A stretch of DNA of 64,000 bases from Auanema rhodensis (GCA_964057225.1 OZ059900.1:26288001-26352000); one strand, 5' to 3'; positions 1-14,016 are shown, counted from the first letter of the stretch. Program-made: numbers and translations. Notes: generated from the sequence alone by a model not told the origin.

Positions 1-3000
1 TAATATAAAACAGTTTTTGTTTTCATATATCTATAATAATCATGTTTTGCGGCGGGCTAAAGTTGCTATTACGTTCCATTTTTATGAAAAATTAAATATT
101 CTGAAATTTTTATTTTTGGTCCTAGAATAACGTGCTTCACTCTGTTCAACTCGGAATAAACAGTTTAGTAATATAAAATACTATTTGTATTCATATATCC
201 ATATTAATCATGTTTTGCGGCGGGCTAAAGTTGCTATTACGTTCCATTTTTATGAAAAATTAAATATTCTAATATTTTATTTTTAGTCCTAGAATAACGT
301 GCTACATCTTATTTAACTCAGAATAAACAGTTTAGTAATATGAAATAGTTTTCGTATTCATATATCCATATTAATCATGTTTTGCGGCGGGCTAAACTTG
401 CTATTTCGTTTGATTTCTATGAAAAATTAAATATTCTAAAATTTTTATTTTTGGTCCTAGAATAACGTTCTTTATTCTGTTCAACTCGGAATAAACAGTT
501 TAGTAATATAAAAAAGTTTTCGTAAGCATATATCCATAATAATCATGTTTTGCGGCGGGCTAAAGTTGCTATTTCGTATGATTTCTATGAAAAATTTAAA
601 ATTTTAAAATTTTAATTTTTGGTCCTAGAATAACGTTCTTTATTCTGTTCAACTCGGAATAAACAGTTTAGTAATATAAAATACTATTTGTATTCATATA
701 TCCATATTAATCATGTTTTGCGGCGGGCTAAAGTTGCTATTACGTTCCATTTTTATGAAAAATTAAATATTCTATTATTTTATTTTTAGTCGTAGAATAA
801 CGTGCTACATCTTATTTAACTCAGAATAAACAGGTTAGGAATATAAAAAAGTTTTCGTAAGCATATATCCATATTAATCATGTTTTGCGGCGGGCTAAAG
901 TTGCTATTACGTTCCATTTTTATGAAAAATTAAATATTCTAAAATTTTCATTTTTGGTCCTAGAATAACGTGCTACATTTTATTTAACTCAGAATAAACA
1001 GTTTAGTAATATGAAATAGTTTTCGTATTCATATATCCATAATAATCATGTTTTGCGGCGGGCTAAAGTTGCTATTTCGTTTGATTTCTATGAAAAATTT
1101 AAAATTTTAAAATTTTAATTTTTGGTCCTAGAATAACGTTCTTTATTCTGTTCAACTCGGAATAAACAGTTTAGTAATATAAAAAAGTTTTCGTAAGCAT
1201 ATATCCATATTAATCATGTTTTGCGGCGGGCTAAAGTTGCTATTACGTTCCATTTTTATGAAAAATTAAATATTCTAATATTTTATTTTCAGTCCTAGAA
1301 TAACGTGCTACATCTTATTTAACTCAGAATAAACAGTTTAGTAATATAAAACAGTTTTTGTTTTCATATATCTATAATAATCATGTTTTGCGGCGGGCTA
1401 AAGTTGCTATTACGTTCCATTTTTATGAAAAATTAAATATTCTGAAATTTTTATTTTTGGTCCTAGAATAACGTGCTTTATTTTGTTCAACTCGGAATAA
1501 ACAGTTTAGTAATATAAAATACTATTTGTATTCATATATCCATATTAATCATGTTTTGCGGCGGGCTAAAGTTGCTATTACGTTCCATTTTTATGAAAAA
1601 TTAAATATTCTAATATTTTATTTTTAGTCCTAGAATAACGTGCTACATCTTATTTAACTCAGAATAAACAGTTTAGTAATATGAAATAGTTTTCGTATTC
1701 ATATATCCATATTAATCATGTTTTGCGGCGGGCTAAACTTGCTATTTCGTTTGATTTCTATGAAAAATTAAATATTCTAATATTTTATTTTTATTCCTAG
1801 AATAACGTGCTACATCTTATTTAACTCAGAATAAACAGTTTAGTAATATGAAATAGTTTTCGTATTCATATATCCATATTAATCATGTTTTGCGGCGGGC
1901 TAAACTTGCTATTTCGTTTGATTTCTATGAAAAATTAAATATTCTAATATTTTATTTTTATTCCTAGAATAACGTGCTACATCTTATTTAACTCAGAATA
2001 AACAGTTTAGTAATATGAAATAGTTTTCGTATTCATATATCCATATTAATCATGTTTTGCGGCGGGCTAAACTTGCTATTTCGTTTGATTTCTATGAAAA
2101 ATTAAATATTCTAATATTTTATTTTTATTCCTAGAATAACGTGCTTTATTCTGTTCAACTCGGAATAAACAGTTTAGTAATATAAAATACTATTTGTATT
2201 CATATATCCATATTAATCATGTTTTGCGGCGGGCTAAAGTTGCTATTACGTTCCATTTTTATGAAAAATTAAATATTCTAATATTTTATTTTTAGTCCTA
2301 GAATAACGTGCTACATCTTATTTAACTCAGAATAAACAGTTTAGTAATATGAAATAGTTTTCGTATTCATATATCCATATTAATCATGTTTTGCGGCGGG
2401 CTAAACTTGCTATTTCGTTTGATTTCTATGAAAATTTAAATATTCTAATATTTTATTTTTATTCCTAGAAAAACGTGCTACATCTTATTTAACTCAGAAT
2501 AAACAGTTTAGTAATATGAAATAGTTTTCGTATTCATATATCCATATTAATCATGTTTTGCGGCGGGCTAAACTTGCTATTTCGTTTGATTTCTATGAAA
2601 AATTAAATATTCTAATATTTTATTTTTATTCCTAGAATAACGTGCTACATCTTATTTAACTCAGAATAAACAGTTTAGTAATATGAAATAGTTTTCGTAT
2701 TCATATATCCATATTAATCATGTTTTGCGGCGGGCTAAACTTGCTATTTCGTTTGATTTCTATGAAAAATTAAATATTCTAATATTTTATTTTTATTCCT
2801 AGAATAACGTGCTACATCTTATTTAACTCAGAATAAACAGTTTAGTAATATGAAATAGTTTTTGTCTTCATATATCTATAATAATCATGTTTTGCGGCGG
2901 GCTAAAGTTGCTATTACGTTCCATTTTTATGAAAAATTAAATATTCTATTATTTTATTTTTAGTCGTAGAATAACGTGCTACATCTTATTTAACTCAGAA

Positions 3001-4990
3001 TAAACAGGTTAGGAATATAAAAAAGTTTTCGTAAGCATATATCCATATTAATCATGTTTTGCGGCGGGCTAAAGTTGCTATTACGTTCCATTTTTATGAA
3101 AAATTAAATATTCTGAATTTTTTATTTTTGGTCCTAGAATAACGTGCTTTATTCTGTTCAACTCGGAATAAACAGTTTAGTAAGATAAAATACTATTTGT
3201 ATTCATATATCCATATTAATCATGTTTTGCGGCGGGCTAAAGTTGCTATTACGTTCCATTTTTATGAAAAATTAAATATTCTAATATTTTATTTTTAGTC
3301 CTAGAATAACGTGCTACATCTTATTTAACTCGGATTAAACAGTTTAGTAATATGAAATAGTTTTTGTTTTCATATATCTATAATAATCATGTTTTGCGGC
3401 GGGCTAAAGTTGCTATTACGTTCCATTTTTATGAAAAATTAAATATTCGAAAAATTTTTTTTTGTCCTAGAATAACGTGCTTTGTTCTGTTCAACTCGGA
3501 ATAAACAGTTTAGTAATATAAAAAAGTTTTCGTAAGCATATATCCATATTAATCATGTTTTGCGGCGGGCTAAAGTTGCTATTACGTTCAATTTTTATGA
3601 AAAATTAAATATTCTAATATTTTATTTTTAGTCCTAGAATAACGTGCTACATTTTATTTAACTCAGAATAAACAGTTTAGTAATATGAAATAGTTTTCGT
3701 ATTCATATATCCATAATAATCATGTTTTGCGGCGGGCTAAAGTTGCTATTTCGTTTGATTTCTATGAAAAATTTAAAATTTTAAAATTTTAATTTTTGGT
3801 CCTAGAATAACGTTCTTTATTCTGTTCAACTCGGAATAAACAGTTTAGTAATATAAAAAAGTTTTCGTAAGCATATATCCATATTAATCATGTTTTGCGG
3901 CGGGCTAAAGTTGCTATTACGTTCCATTTTTATGAAAAATTAAATATTCTAATATTTTATTTTCAGTCCTAGAATAACGTGCTACATCTTATTTAACTCA
4001 GAATAAACAGTTTAGTAATATAAAACAGTTTTTGTTTTCATATATCTATAATAATCATGTTTTGCGGCGGGCTAAAGTTGCTATTACGTTCCATTTTTAT
4101 GAAAAATTTAAAATTTTAAAATTTTAATTTTTGGTCCTAGAATAACGTTCTTTATTCTGTTCAACTCGGAATAAACAGTTTAGTAATATAAAAAAGTTTT
4201 CGTAAGCATATATCCATATTAATCATGTTTTGCGGCGGGCTAAAGTTGCTATTACGTTCCATTTTTATGAAAAATTAAATATTCTAATATTTTATTTTCA
4301 GTCCTAGAATAACGTGCTACATCTTATTTAACTCAGAATAAACAGTTTAGTAATATAAAACAGTTTTTGTTTTCATATATCTATAATAATCATGTTTTGC
4401 GGCGGGCTAAAGTTGCTATTACGTTCCATTTTTATGAAAAATTAAATATTCTGAAGTTTTTATTTTTGGTCCTAGAATAACGTGCTTTATTCTGTTCAAC
4501 TCGGAATAAACAGTTTAGTAATATAAAATACTATTTGTATTCATATATCCATATTAATCATGTTTTGCGGCGGGCTAAAGTTGCTATTACGTTCCATTTT
4601 TATGAAAAATTAAATATTCTAATATTTTATTTTTAGTCCTAGAATAACGTGCTACATCTTATTTAACTCAGAATAAACAGTTTAGTAATATGAAATAGTT
4701 TTCGTATTCATATATCCATATTAATCATGTTTTGCGGCGGGCTAAACTTGCTATTTCGTTTGATTTCTATGAAAAATTAAATATTCTAAAATTTTTATTT
4801 TTGGTCCTAGAATAACGTGCTTTATTCTGTTCAACTCGGAATAAACAGTTTAGAAATATAAAATACTATTTGTATTCATATATCCATATTAATCATGTTT
4901 TGCGGCGGGCTAAACTTGCTATTTCGTTTGATTTCTATGAAAAATTGAATATTCTACAATTTTTATTTTTGGCCCTAAAATAACGTGGCC
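1..4990. repeat. Tandem satellite, 167-168 bp monomer, ~30 copies, continues past window start
   Basis: CATGTTTTGCGGCGGGCTAA recurs at 41, 209, 376, 544, 712, 879... (spacing 167-168); mosaic of a few monomer variants. Confidence 0.98.
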
Positions 4991-5013
4991 AAAATTTCGC
5001 AATATATGTACTT

Positions 5014-5017
<4 letters not shown>

Positions 5018-5075
<58 letters not shown>
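5018..5075. repeat. (TA)n microsatellite
   Basis: Pure TA run; a similar run at ~7325-7367. Confidence 0.95.
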
Positions 5076-5078
<3 letters not shown>

Positions 5079-5211
5079 CTTATAGAGCGATATAAACTAT
5101 ATATATATTTTTCAAAAATCTATAGACATGTTTTTTTTTGGCTCCATAAAAAAACATGTTTATAGATTTTAAAAATATATATATATATAGTTTATATCGC
5201 TCTAGAAGTAA
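5076..5211. repeat. Small palindromic (MITE-like/foldback) repeat
   Basis: TTACTTATAGAGCGATATAAACT...AGTTTATATCGCTCTAGAAGTAA forms an imperfect ~135 bp hairpin; its left half recurs at 7301-7401. Confidence 0.6.
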
Positions 5212-5221
5212 TATATATATA

Positions 5222-6496
5222 TTAGGTTGGAAAGAATGTTCTTGCGCATATAACAAAAAAAATTCAAATTTATTTTTTTTCAAATTACAATCACAAATTA
5301 ATTAAAAGTATTCACCGTTAGCTTCAATACATTGTTCCCAACGATTGAGCAGAGAATAAATACCTTTTTTATAAAAGTCAGGTTTTTTAGTGTTTATGAA
5401 GTCACAAAACATTTTTTTGACCTCATCAACATTTTTAAATACCATACCTTCAATATAACTTGATAAATGTTTAAATAAATGGAAATCGGCAGGGGACAAA
5501 TCGGGTGAATAAGGAGGGTGGGGTAAACATTCATAACCTAAATCAAAAAATTTTTTCATCGTCGGTCTTGAGACATGGGGTCTTGCATTATCCTGTAGTA
5601 TGATGGCCCGTCTCCTATTGATCAGTCTTGGCTTCAAACTCAATAATTTTTGGTGCATTTCATCAATTTCTTGGCAGTACGATTCCGTATTGATTGTATC
5701 ATTAGGCTGTAGAAACTTATAATGAATGATTTCTGTTGAACACCACCAAACAGTTAACATAAATTTCGAATATGTCAAAGCTAGTTTGGAAAAGTGTTTA
5801 GGAGTTTCATTTTTGTCCATCCAGTGAGCTGATCTTTTCTTATTGTTGTAAAGGACCCATTTCTCGTCACAAGTAATGATATTGTCGAGAAATGGATCAT
5901 TCATGTTTCTCAGCCTGAATCCTAAGCATGCCATGTATCGAACATTCTTCTGCGCTTCCGAAAGTTCATGGGGCACCCATTTATCCAATTTTTTCACTTT
6001 TCCGAGTTTTTTCAAATAAGTTAATACAGTTGTATGACTCACTGAAAGTTCGTCGGCAAGGTTTCTTGAGCTGATACTCTTATCCTTTTCCAAAAATTCA
6101 TCTAATGCTGAATCATCCAACGTCGTAGTTCTTCCTTTTTCGGCTTGATCTTCTATGTTCTCGTCACCGTTACGGAATTTCTTGAACCAAAATTGAACAG
6201 TCCTTAAGTTGGTTGTTCCAATTCCAGAAGCACTGTTGATGTTGTTGCTTGCTTCAGAAGTTGTGTGCCCTAACTTAACTTCGTACAAAAAAAAGGGTTC
6301 TCAATTGGGATTTTTGCATCATTGATCTATAATCTTTAAATTAGTAATTATATTGTCATTTCATGAAAATAAGTGAAAAACTATCTGCTTTATCATATAA
6401 AACTTATATATTTAATATTTTTGTATTTAGCGCCCAGATAATTCAAATTGTTCAGATGAGTTTGAAAAATGCGCAAGAACATTCTTTCCAACCTAA
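5222..6496 (-). mobile_element. Full-length mariner (DD34D, Hsmar1/cecropia-like) transposon, 1275 bp
   Basis: Perfect 28-bp TIRs TTAGGTTGGAAAGAATGTTCTTGCGCAT (5222-5249 / 6469-6496), TA on both sides, transposase inside. Confidence 0.97.
5302..6322 (-). CDS. Mariner transposase with one frameshift in an A8 run at 6287-6294
   Basis: WVPHEL, TCDEKW, QDNARPH, YSPDLSPADFHLF motifs; upstream MMQKSQLRTLF (ATG 6322) is out of frame by one base. Confidence 0.93.
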
Positions 6497-6577
6497 TATA
6501 TATATATGTATATACAATAAGTATATACATTGCAAAATCTTGGCGCCACCATTTTAATAAGAGGGGTAGAGAGTGTT

Positions 6578-7294
6578 GTAAACATAGACTGGAAAAAGCA
6601 AAAAAAATTACTAGTTTTCTTAAGCAAGGCCGCGTTTCAGACGTATTTTTTACAGATGAAATAATTTTCACTTTTCAGCCTCTCCCGAACAGACAGAATT
6701 ATCGACAACTGATGAGAATAGATGGAAGAACAAATCAGAAAAGAATCATTGCTGAGAGATCTCTCTTCACCAAATCTTTGATGGTTTGGGGAGGAATCAC
6801 AGCAAAATTGAAGACACCGCTTGTTTTCATTGAAAGGAACGTCAAAATCAATGCGACCGTGTATCAAAAAACCATATTAGAAGACGTTTTAGGACCATGG
6901 ATAAGGTGCAACTTCAAAAATCAGGAAATGATTCTTCAACAGGATTGGGCACCTGCTCATAGTGCCAAAACGACGATGGACTACTGTAAAACCCATTTTC
7001 CAGGGTTCTGGGGCAAAGATGTATGGCCTTCCTGTTCACCTGACCTCAACCCAATGAACTATTCAGTATGGGGACTACTTCAATCCAAAATAGAGAAGCA
7101 ACATTTTACTAGTTTGGATTCGCTGAAGCTAGCTTTAATCAAAGCATGGGACGAAATAGATGAGGATTACCTGTGGTCAACGGTGAACAATTTCGAAAAG
7201 AGGATAGCAGCGGTAACTAAAGCAAAAGGAGCCCATTGTTTTGTTTTTGAAATAATGAGATTTAAAGAGCGACACATACTTCTCACCCACCCTG
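6578..7294 (+). mobile_element. 5'-truncated maT/DD37D transposon remnant, third catalytic D changed to N
   Basis: FTDE, MVWGGIT, QQDWAPAH, then 37 aa to SPDLNPMN(D)YSVW; 3' terminus ...CACCCACCCTG followed by TA at 7295-7296. Confidence 0.85.
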
Positions 7295-7320
7295 TATATA
7301 TTACTTATAGAGCGATATAA

Positions 7321-7370
<50 letters not shown>

Positions 7371-7406
7371 AAAAATCTAAAAACATGTTTTTTTTTGGCT
7401 CAAGGG

Positions 7407-7635
7407 GCGCCACCATTTTGATAAAAAAGAGAGCTAGTATCAGAGAACTATTACAAAATCTTGGCGCCACCATTTTGATATTAGAAAGAGGTAGTGTCAA
7501 TAACATAGTACAGTGATACTCTCTCCCCCTCTTATTGAAATGGTGGCGCCAAGATTTCGCAATACCACTACAACACTCTCTCCCCCTCTTATTAAAATGG
7601 TGGCGCCAAGATTTCGCAATAGATATACTTATTGT
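7407..7635. repeat. Palindromic dispersed repeat built on the motif TTGCGAAATCTTGGCGCCACCATTTT
   Basis: Forward then reverse copies of the motif; related copies at ~4985-5020, 6505-6577, 9180-9305 and 11113-11306 (7441-7585 is close to 11165-11306). Confidence 0.8.
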
Positions 7636-7781
7636 ATATACATATATATGTATCTTAATCATGCAAAATCATGCCACTGTTTTGGAAAAAGGAAAGTAAA
7701 ACACCCACCAATTCCTAAAAATTACTGTCAGTATTTTTCACAATTTTTTCTTAACCAAATAACTTTATAGTTAGAAATGGG

Positions 7782-7982
7782 GTGAATTTGACCCCAGTCG
7801 GTCGTGAAGACTTAGATAGACTTTTATTACAAAAAACTATTTGTTTATATAGGCGTGCTGACAGATGCGTTTTTGGTCAGCTGAAACAGTTTACTGAAAC
7901 TCACCATAATCCGCAGTTTGTAGAAGTCACAGTAAGTTGTTCAGAAACTAAACACAAAACTATAAATTCGAAATTGAGATAA
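7782..7982 (+). other. Unknown exon-like ORF with a diverged paralog at 9682-9924 (-)
   Basis: LTPVGRE..L..QKTICLY.R....VFG..KQFT..HHNPQF aligns with LTPVSRE..L..QNTICLF.R....VFG..KKFT..YHNPQF. Confidence 0.5.
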
Positions 7983-8534
7983 GCGACATTGAATCTTGCT
8001 TTGGAAGTTCACCAAGATGGGAAAAATACCTGGCGGAACCTCGCTGTAAAAAAGAACGCCAACAACTTTACACCATAGTCTATCAGAGAATTGAGTTACA
8101 TTGCTTTGAACTTCAGAATGATCAATAATAAAATAAACAGTTTTTCATAAGCATGTTATTATTCAACAGCAGAATAAAGAAAGTTTGATAGAATATGAAA
8201 TATTCTTGAATTCTTCTTTTTAATATGTAGTACATAGCAAACAATATTGTAATTGTGAAGACAGAAACATAAAAAATAACAATTTATTTTAAATTTCTTA
8301 AAAAACAAAAAACGTTCTGAAAAAAATCATTCATTGATAGAAACATGAAATTTGATTCAGAAACTGAAAGCTCATTTAGAAAAACAAAATAAGTATTTAG
8401 TTTAAAAACGAACGTTCAAATTCTTAAGACAAAACAATATTTCAACAGCTCAGTATGTAAACCTCTCCAGAATAACAAAAGGACATTTGTACAAGATAGG
8501 GATTGTTAAAGACATGTAAACGACAAATAAACCA

Positions 8535-9175
8535 AACCAAAAGGAACGGTGCTTTTAGCATTTTAGAACGTCTGATATTCTCAGCTTCCTCTAACACTTT
8601 CCGGATGGTCCATCGTGAGACGTTGAGATTCAGAATTCGTCCAATTTCGGTGCAGCTTCGCTCACTATTGGACGCAAGACGGATTATACTGCGTCTGTCA
8701 CGTTCAGTGAGGAGTCGTTTCCTACCAGATTCGTTTTTCCTACTTTCAGTCGTACCACGTAACAGATATCTAGTTATCGTGGATCGCGCTCTTCCGAGTT
8801 CTTGAGCAATTTGTTCATGACTCATACCGAATCGGCGATAAGAGTCAATTTGGGTTTTTTCCACAACAGATAAATCTACCTTAGGGGGCATTCTGTAGTC
8901 AAAACATGAGGCTTTCAAAAAAATAAGAAAAAAAATCTAACCTTGATTCACAGCAAAAGTTATGAAGTTATGTTTTAGAAACAATAATCAAGGATTTTTT
9001 CGAAAAAGCATCATTTAGCCAAAAAAATTTTACAATCATGTTTTACAATTGTTTTTATTATTATTATGTGTATATTTTATGATACTATTTATGGTTATTA
9101 TATGAAAAAATTTACTTTAAAAATAACAAAATTATTATGAAATTTTTCAATGTTACATTATTTTGCACCAGAGTG
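8535..9175 (-). mobile_element. Tc3/Tc1-like transposon 5' remnant (TIR plus paired HTH domain, catalytic domain lost)
   Basis: ATG at 8891: MPPKVDLSVVEKTQID...IAQELGRARSTITRYL...GRKRLLTERDRRSIIRLASN resembles the Tc3 transposase N-terminus; TIR-like CACTCTGGTGCAAAATAATGTAACA starts at 9175 (-). Confidence 0.8.
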
Positions 9176-9681
9176 TCAATATGTATATACAATAAGTATA
9201 TATATTGCGAAATCTTGGCGCCACCATTTTAATAAGAGGGGAAGAGAGTGTTGTAGTGGTATTGCGAAATGTTGGCGCCACCATTTCAATAAGAGGGGGG
9301 GAGAGAATGAATATACTCGAGGTTTACTCTAAATGTACTTAAAAATCTAGTTTGTGATTTACTTGAGATTCACTTGTTGTTAACATGAGATCTTGTTCGA
9401 GATTTACTTGAAGTTTATTCGAGATTTACTTAAAATGTTCTTAACTAACAAATTTATTTCACTTGGCTTTAAAACATGACATAAGTTTTATCTTTGGTCG
9501 CTCAAACAAAGTCTTTCTTTTTCAACTTGAACTTTGAGGCAATGTGAGTCAACTTCTTTACAAATCAGAGTGAAAAGTTGCTTGTGTTCTTTTAAACAAA
9601 TGCGTGGTTTTGCGATAAATTCTTTCCGTTTGGAAGAACGTCCGAATCGGGTTTCTATTTCATTCAACTTGAATTATAAAC

Positions 9682-9924
9682 TCAGAGTTTGTGCATAATT
9701 TGTTTGAACAATCGTACTGAGATGTTAGCAAATTGGGGATTATGATAGTTATCAGTAAATTTTTTTATAATACCGAACACCCATTTATTGATTCGCCAAA
9801 ACAAGCAGATGGTATTTTGATTATAAAGGTTACCGCACTCTTCACGACTGACAGGTGTCAAGTACACACCTTCACAAACTGTAATAGCTTTTTTATTGAA
9901 AAAATATGAAATGATACTCAACAA
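9682..9924 (-). other. Unknown exon-like ORF, paralog of 7782-7982
   Basis: Peptide similarity to 7782-7982, convergent orientation. Confidence 0.5.
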
Positions 9925-10640
9925 TAGTTTTTCAAGTCATGCGGTAGTTTGACTTTACTTTTCTCAAAACATTTGCAATTTGTTGGAGGACAATCTGTTC
10001 TTAATCTTACTTTGGAATGGTTAAGAAATTCATTCAACAATTTAAAAAGGATTGAAACGATAAAGATATTTCAACCGCTTATAACTGTTTAACGGGTTTA
10101 ACAAAAGATTTCAGAAAGAAAAGCTTTTTTATTGACTCATGTTCACATAGGGAGTAGGTTCTGTTTCAAGGTTTTGTGATTGATGTCTACGAACTTAATT
10201 CATAGCTGGACCTTCGATCCATTGAGGTTGTTCTTTTTGTGCATGGGCTCTACCAATCCAATGGATTCTATTTCAAAATGCAGATTCCTGTTTCGGACGA
10301 GAGTTAAATAAACTCTCTAAAACTACCAAATAAATTATATAAAAAATTTTAAGTTTATTTAAACAGAATATAAAATGAATTAAAATCTAAATAAACTAAC
10401 TTCTTCTTGGAAGGCGAGAAGATGTTGTTGCTGATTCTGCTACATGTTAAAGATCCAGTTATCGGGAACAATGAGTTTTTTTTCTGAACCCCTCTCTTAT
10501 ATACCTTTACCGTAAGAATTTCTGGAAAACTATCGAATGTTCTAAAATTTTCAGAAATTTCGAAAAAGAACATGACTATTGATTTACTTGAGATTCACTT
10601 TTGATAAACAACTACAAAGTTTTGATAAACAACTACAAAT

Positions 10641-10854
10641 AAAACATTCTAGAACATTCTAGAACAATCTAAAACATTCTAGAACATTCTAGAACATTCT
10701 AAAACATTCTAAAACATTCTAGAACATTCTAGAACAATCTAAAACATTCTAGAACATTCTAGAACATTCTAAAACATTCTAAAACATTCTAAAACATTCT
10801 AGAACAATCTAAAACATTCTAGAACATTCTAGAACATTCTAAAACATTCTAGAA
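10641..10854. repeat. 10-bp minisatellite (ARAACATTCT)n, ~21 copies
   Basis: Direct inspection. Confidence 0.95.
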
Positions 10855-10864
10855 AGCTTGTGTT

Positions 10865-11100
10865 TAATAATTAAGCTTAAGCTCGATATACCTAAACCAA
10901 AGTTCGATAGTTAAGCCCATGTTCGATACACCTAAGCCAAAGTTTGATAGTTAAGCCTAAGCTCGAAATACCTAAGCCAGAATTTTTATAGTCAAGAACA
11001 AGTCTGATGTACATAAACCAGAGTTCGAAAGTTAAGCCTTAGCTGGATGTAACCTGAACCTAAACTATAGTTTGATAGTCAATCCTTAGCTTGATAAATC
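10865..11100. repeat. Degenerate ~20-bp repeats containing CCTAAGC/TTAAGCC (telomere-variant-like)
   Basis: GTTCGATAGTTAAGCC / GTTCGATACACCTAAGCC units; AGCTGGATGTAACCTGAAC is shared with ~30135. Confidence 0.5.
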
Positions 11101-11306
11101 GAAAAAATAAAGACTATTACGAAATCTTAGCGCCACCATTTTGATATTAGAGAGAGGTAGTATCAAAGTACTATTACGAAATCTTGGCGCCCCCATTTTG
11201 ATATTAGAGAGAGGTAGTGTCAATAACATAGTACAGTGATACTCTCTCCCCCTCTTATTGAAATGGTGGCGCCAAGATTTTGCAATACCACTACAACACT
11301 CTCTCT

Positions 11307-14016
11307 TTGATAATAGTGCATGGTAACCATGACTTTGAAATTTACGTGAACTTTAATTTATGCTAATCAAATGTACACGTGATGTGCACTTGGTATGTAA
11401 CTCGCTTCCCGTGAAAGATAAAGAGATGCGGTTTTCAAAATTAGATTCCCCATGTCCATTTAGTCTAAAAACAAATTTCTATTGATAATGGTGCATGGTA
11501 ACAATGACTTTAAAATTTACGTGAAATTTAATTTATGCTAATTAAATGTCCACGTGATGTGCACTTGGTATGTAACTCGCTTCCCGTAAAAGATAAAGAG
11601 ATGCGGTTTTCAAAATTAGATTTCCTATGTCCTTATTAGTCTAAAAACAAATTTTTATTGATATTGGTGCATGGTAACCATGACTTTAAAATTTACGTGA
11701 ACTTTAATTTATGCTAATTAAATGTACACGTGATGTGCACTTGGTATGTAACTCGCTTCCCGTGAAAGATAAAGAGATGCGGTTTTCAAAATTAGATTCC
11801 CCATGTCCATTTAGTCTAAAAACAAATTTCTATTGATATTGGTGCATGGTAACAATGACTTTAAAATTTACGTGAACTTTAATTTATGCTAATTAAATGT
11901 ACACGTGATGTGCACTTGGTATGTAACTCGCTTCCCGTATAAGATAAAGAGATGCGGTTTTCAAAATTAGATTCATCGTATCCATATTAGTCTAAAAACA
12001 AATTTTTATCGATATTGGTGCATGGTAACCATGACTTTAAAATTTACGTGAACTTTAATTTATGCTAATTAAATGTACACGTGATGTGCACTTGGTATGT
12101 AACTCGCTTCACGTGAAAGATAAAGAGATGCGGTTTTCGAAATGAGATTCCCCATGTCCATATTAGTCTAAAAACAAATTTTTATTGATATTGGTGCATG
12201 GTAACCATGACTTTAAAATTTACGTGAACTTTAATTTATGCTAATTAAATGTACACGTGATGTGCACTTGGTATGTAACTCGCTTCACGTGAAAGATAAA
12301 GAGATGCGGTTTTCGAAATGAGATTCCCCATGTCCATATTAGTCTAAAAACAAATTTCTATTGATATTGGTGCATGGTAACAATGACTTTAAAATTTACG
12401 TGAACTTTAATTTATGCTAATTAAATGTACACGTGATGTGCACTTGGTATATAACTCGCTTCCCGTATAAGATAAAGAGATGCGGTTTTCGAAATGAGAT
12501 TCCCCATGTCCATATTAGTCTAAAAACAAATTTCTATTGATATTGGTGCATGGTAACAATGACTTTAAAATTCACGTGAACTTTAATTTATGCTAATTAA
12601 ATGTACACGTGATGTGCACTTGGTATGTAACTCGCTTCCCGTATAAGATAAAGAGATGCGGTTTTCAAAATTAGATTCATCGTATCCATATTAGTCTAAA
12701 AACAAATTTTTATCGATATTGGTGCATGGTAACCATGACTTTGAAATTTACGTGAACTTTAATTTATGCTAATTAAATGTACACGTGATGTGCACTTGGT
12801 ATGTAACTCGCTTCACGTGAAAGATAAAGAGATGCGGTTTTCGAAATGAGATTCCCCATGTCCATATTAGTCTAAAAACAAATTTTTATTGATATTGGTG
12901 CATGGTAACCATGACTTTGAAATTTACGTGAACTTTAATTTATGCTAATTAAATATACACGTGATGTGCCCTTGGTATGTAACTCGCTTCACGTGAAAGA
13001 TAAAGAGATGCGGTTTTTGAAAATAGATTCCCCATGTTCATTTAGTCTAAAAACAAATTTCTATTGATATTGGTGCATGGTAACAATGACTTTAAAATTT
13101 ACGTGAACTTTAATTTATGCTAATTAAATGTACACGTGATGTGCACTTGGTATGTAACTCGCTTCACGTGAAAGATAAAGAGATGCGGTTTTCGAAATGA
13201 GATTCCCCATGTCCATATTAGTCTAAAAACAAATTTTTATTGATATTGGTGCATGGTAACCATGACTTTGAAATTTACGTGAACTTTAATTTATGCTAAT
13301 TAAATATACACGTGATGTGCCCTTGGTATGTAACTCGCTTCACGTGAAAGATAAAGAGATGCGGTTTTTGAAAATAGATTCCCCATGTTCATTTAGTCTA
13401 AAAACAAATTTCTATTGATATTGGTGCATGGTAACAATGACTTTAAAATTTACGTGCACTTTAATTTATGCTAATTAAATGTACACGTGATGTGCACTTG
13501 GTATATAACTCGCTTCCCGTATAAGATAAAGAGATGCGGTTTTCAAAATTAGATTCATCGTATCCATATTAGTCTAAAAACAAATTTTTATCGATATTGG
13601 TGCATGGTAACCATGACTTTAAAATTTACGTGAACTTTAATTTATGCTAATCAAATGTACACGTGATGTGCACTTGGTATGTAACTCGCTTCACGTGAAA
13701 GATAAAGAGATGCGGTTTTCGAAATGAGATTCCCCATGTCCATATTAGTCTAAAAACAAATTTCTATTGATATTGGTGCATGGTAACAATGACTTTAAAA
13801 TTTACGTGAACTTTAATTTATGCTAATTAAATGTACACGTGATGTGCACTTGGTATGTAACTCGCTTCACGTGAAAGATAAAGAGATGCGGTTTTCGAAA
13901 TGAGATTCCCCATGTCCATATTAGTCTAAAAACAAATTTTTATTGATATTGGTGCATGGTAAGCATGACTTTGAAATTTACGTGAACTTTAATTTATGCT
14001 AATGAAATGTACACGT
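11307..14016. repeat. Tandem satellite, 175-176 bp monomer, ~15 copies; resumes at 16362-16512
   Basis: GTGCATGGTA at 11316, 11491, 11667, 11842... Confidence 0.98.
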
